Part shown: one piece after another, positions 63,637 to 64,000 of the stretch
Layout: every line of letters begins with the position of its first letter
How positions within the stretch are numbered: the stretch's first letter is position 1
Assembly (NCBI GenBank): GCA_963801355.1
Contig: CAWDEM010000004.1
Coordinates: 288,001 to 352,000, forward strand
Source: Ignavibacteriota bacterium
GTDB lineage: Bacteria; Bacteroidota; Ignavibacteria; UBA10030; UBA6906
DNA length: 64,000 nt
Direction of reading: 5' to 3'
Translations under genes and position numbers: made by a program
Notes under the pieces: model-generated
What the model was told of the DNA's origin: nothing
Databases searched by the model: none
What the model saw: the letters and a program-made list of their open reading frames with translations, nothing else

Positions 63637-64000
63637 CGACAGTGCAAGAACAACCCACAGCTGCCGGCCAGCGTACACCCGAGGCATGTGAAACCTGTCC
63701 GGCATTCAATGCCGGGCATCTGACACGACTCGGCATCAGCATCACCGACGTGGACTATGTCGTTGCTCTCGCCGGCAATCCCAATACCGGAAAGAGTACG
63801 GTGTTCAATGCCCTGACGGGGCTGCGCCAGCACACAGGAAACTGGCCCGGCAAAACCGTGACCCGGGCCGAAGGCGGCTTCTCCTACGGCGACAAGAAAT
63901 TCAAAATCGTCGACCTCCCCGGTACCTACTCATTGCTGTCAACGAGCGCCGACGAAGAAGTCGCGCGTGACTTCATCCTCTTCGGCCGGCCCGATGTGAC
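63633..64000 (+). CDS. feoB: Ferrous iron transport protein B GTPase domain (partial, runs off the window)
   Basis: [24 protein letters not shown]; ATGA overlap with the regulator gene. Confidence 0.92.
   Translation, partial: MTTVQEQPTAAGQRTPEACETCPAFNAGHLTRLGISITDVDYVVALAGNPNTGKSTVFNALTGLRQHTGNWPGKTVTRAEGGFSYGDKKFKIVDLPGTYSLLSTSADEEVARDFILFGRPDV

Overview
Mostly housekeeping chromosome from a GC-rich bacterium, most likely Ignavibacteria/Bacteroidota-Chlorobi-related. That assignment is inferred from the 'QNYPNPFNP' secretion-type C-terminal domains, the LptD-like protein and canonical sigma70-type promoters. The window holds about 55 CDSs, including pyk, ligA, acpS, xerD, lysA, ddl, rarA, tig-clpP-clpX, a split class II ribonucleotide reductase and the 5' end of feoB, plus two tRNAs (Pro-GGG and Leu-UAG). 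The main accessory region is about 15.7-28.3 kb and is visibly lower in GC from about 21.4 kb. It contains a glycan-modification cluster that includes an unexpected UroD/MtaA-family enzyme, a flippase remnant, an FkbM methyltransferase, an integrase remnant at the tRNA-Pro 3' end, two secreted peptidases with sorting domains, a palindromic operator array and an orphan ~110-nt promoter-to-terminator unit (candidate new sRNA). No CRISPR array, intact transposon or prophage was seen. All calls come from reading the sequence and recognising motifs; no searches were run.
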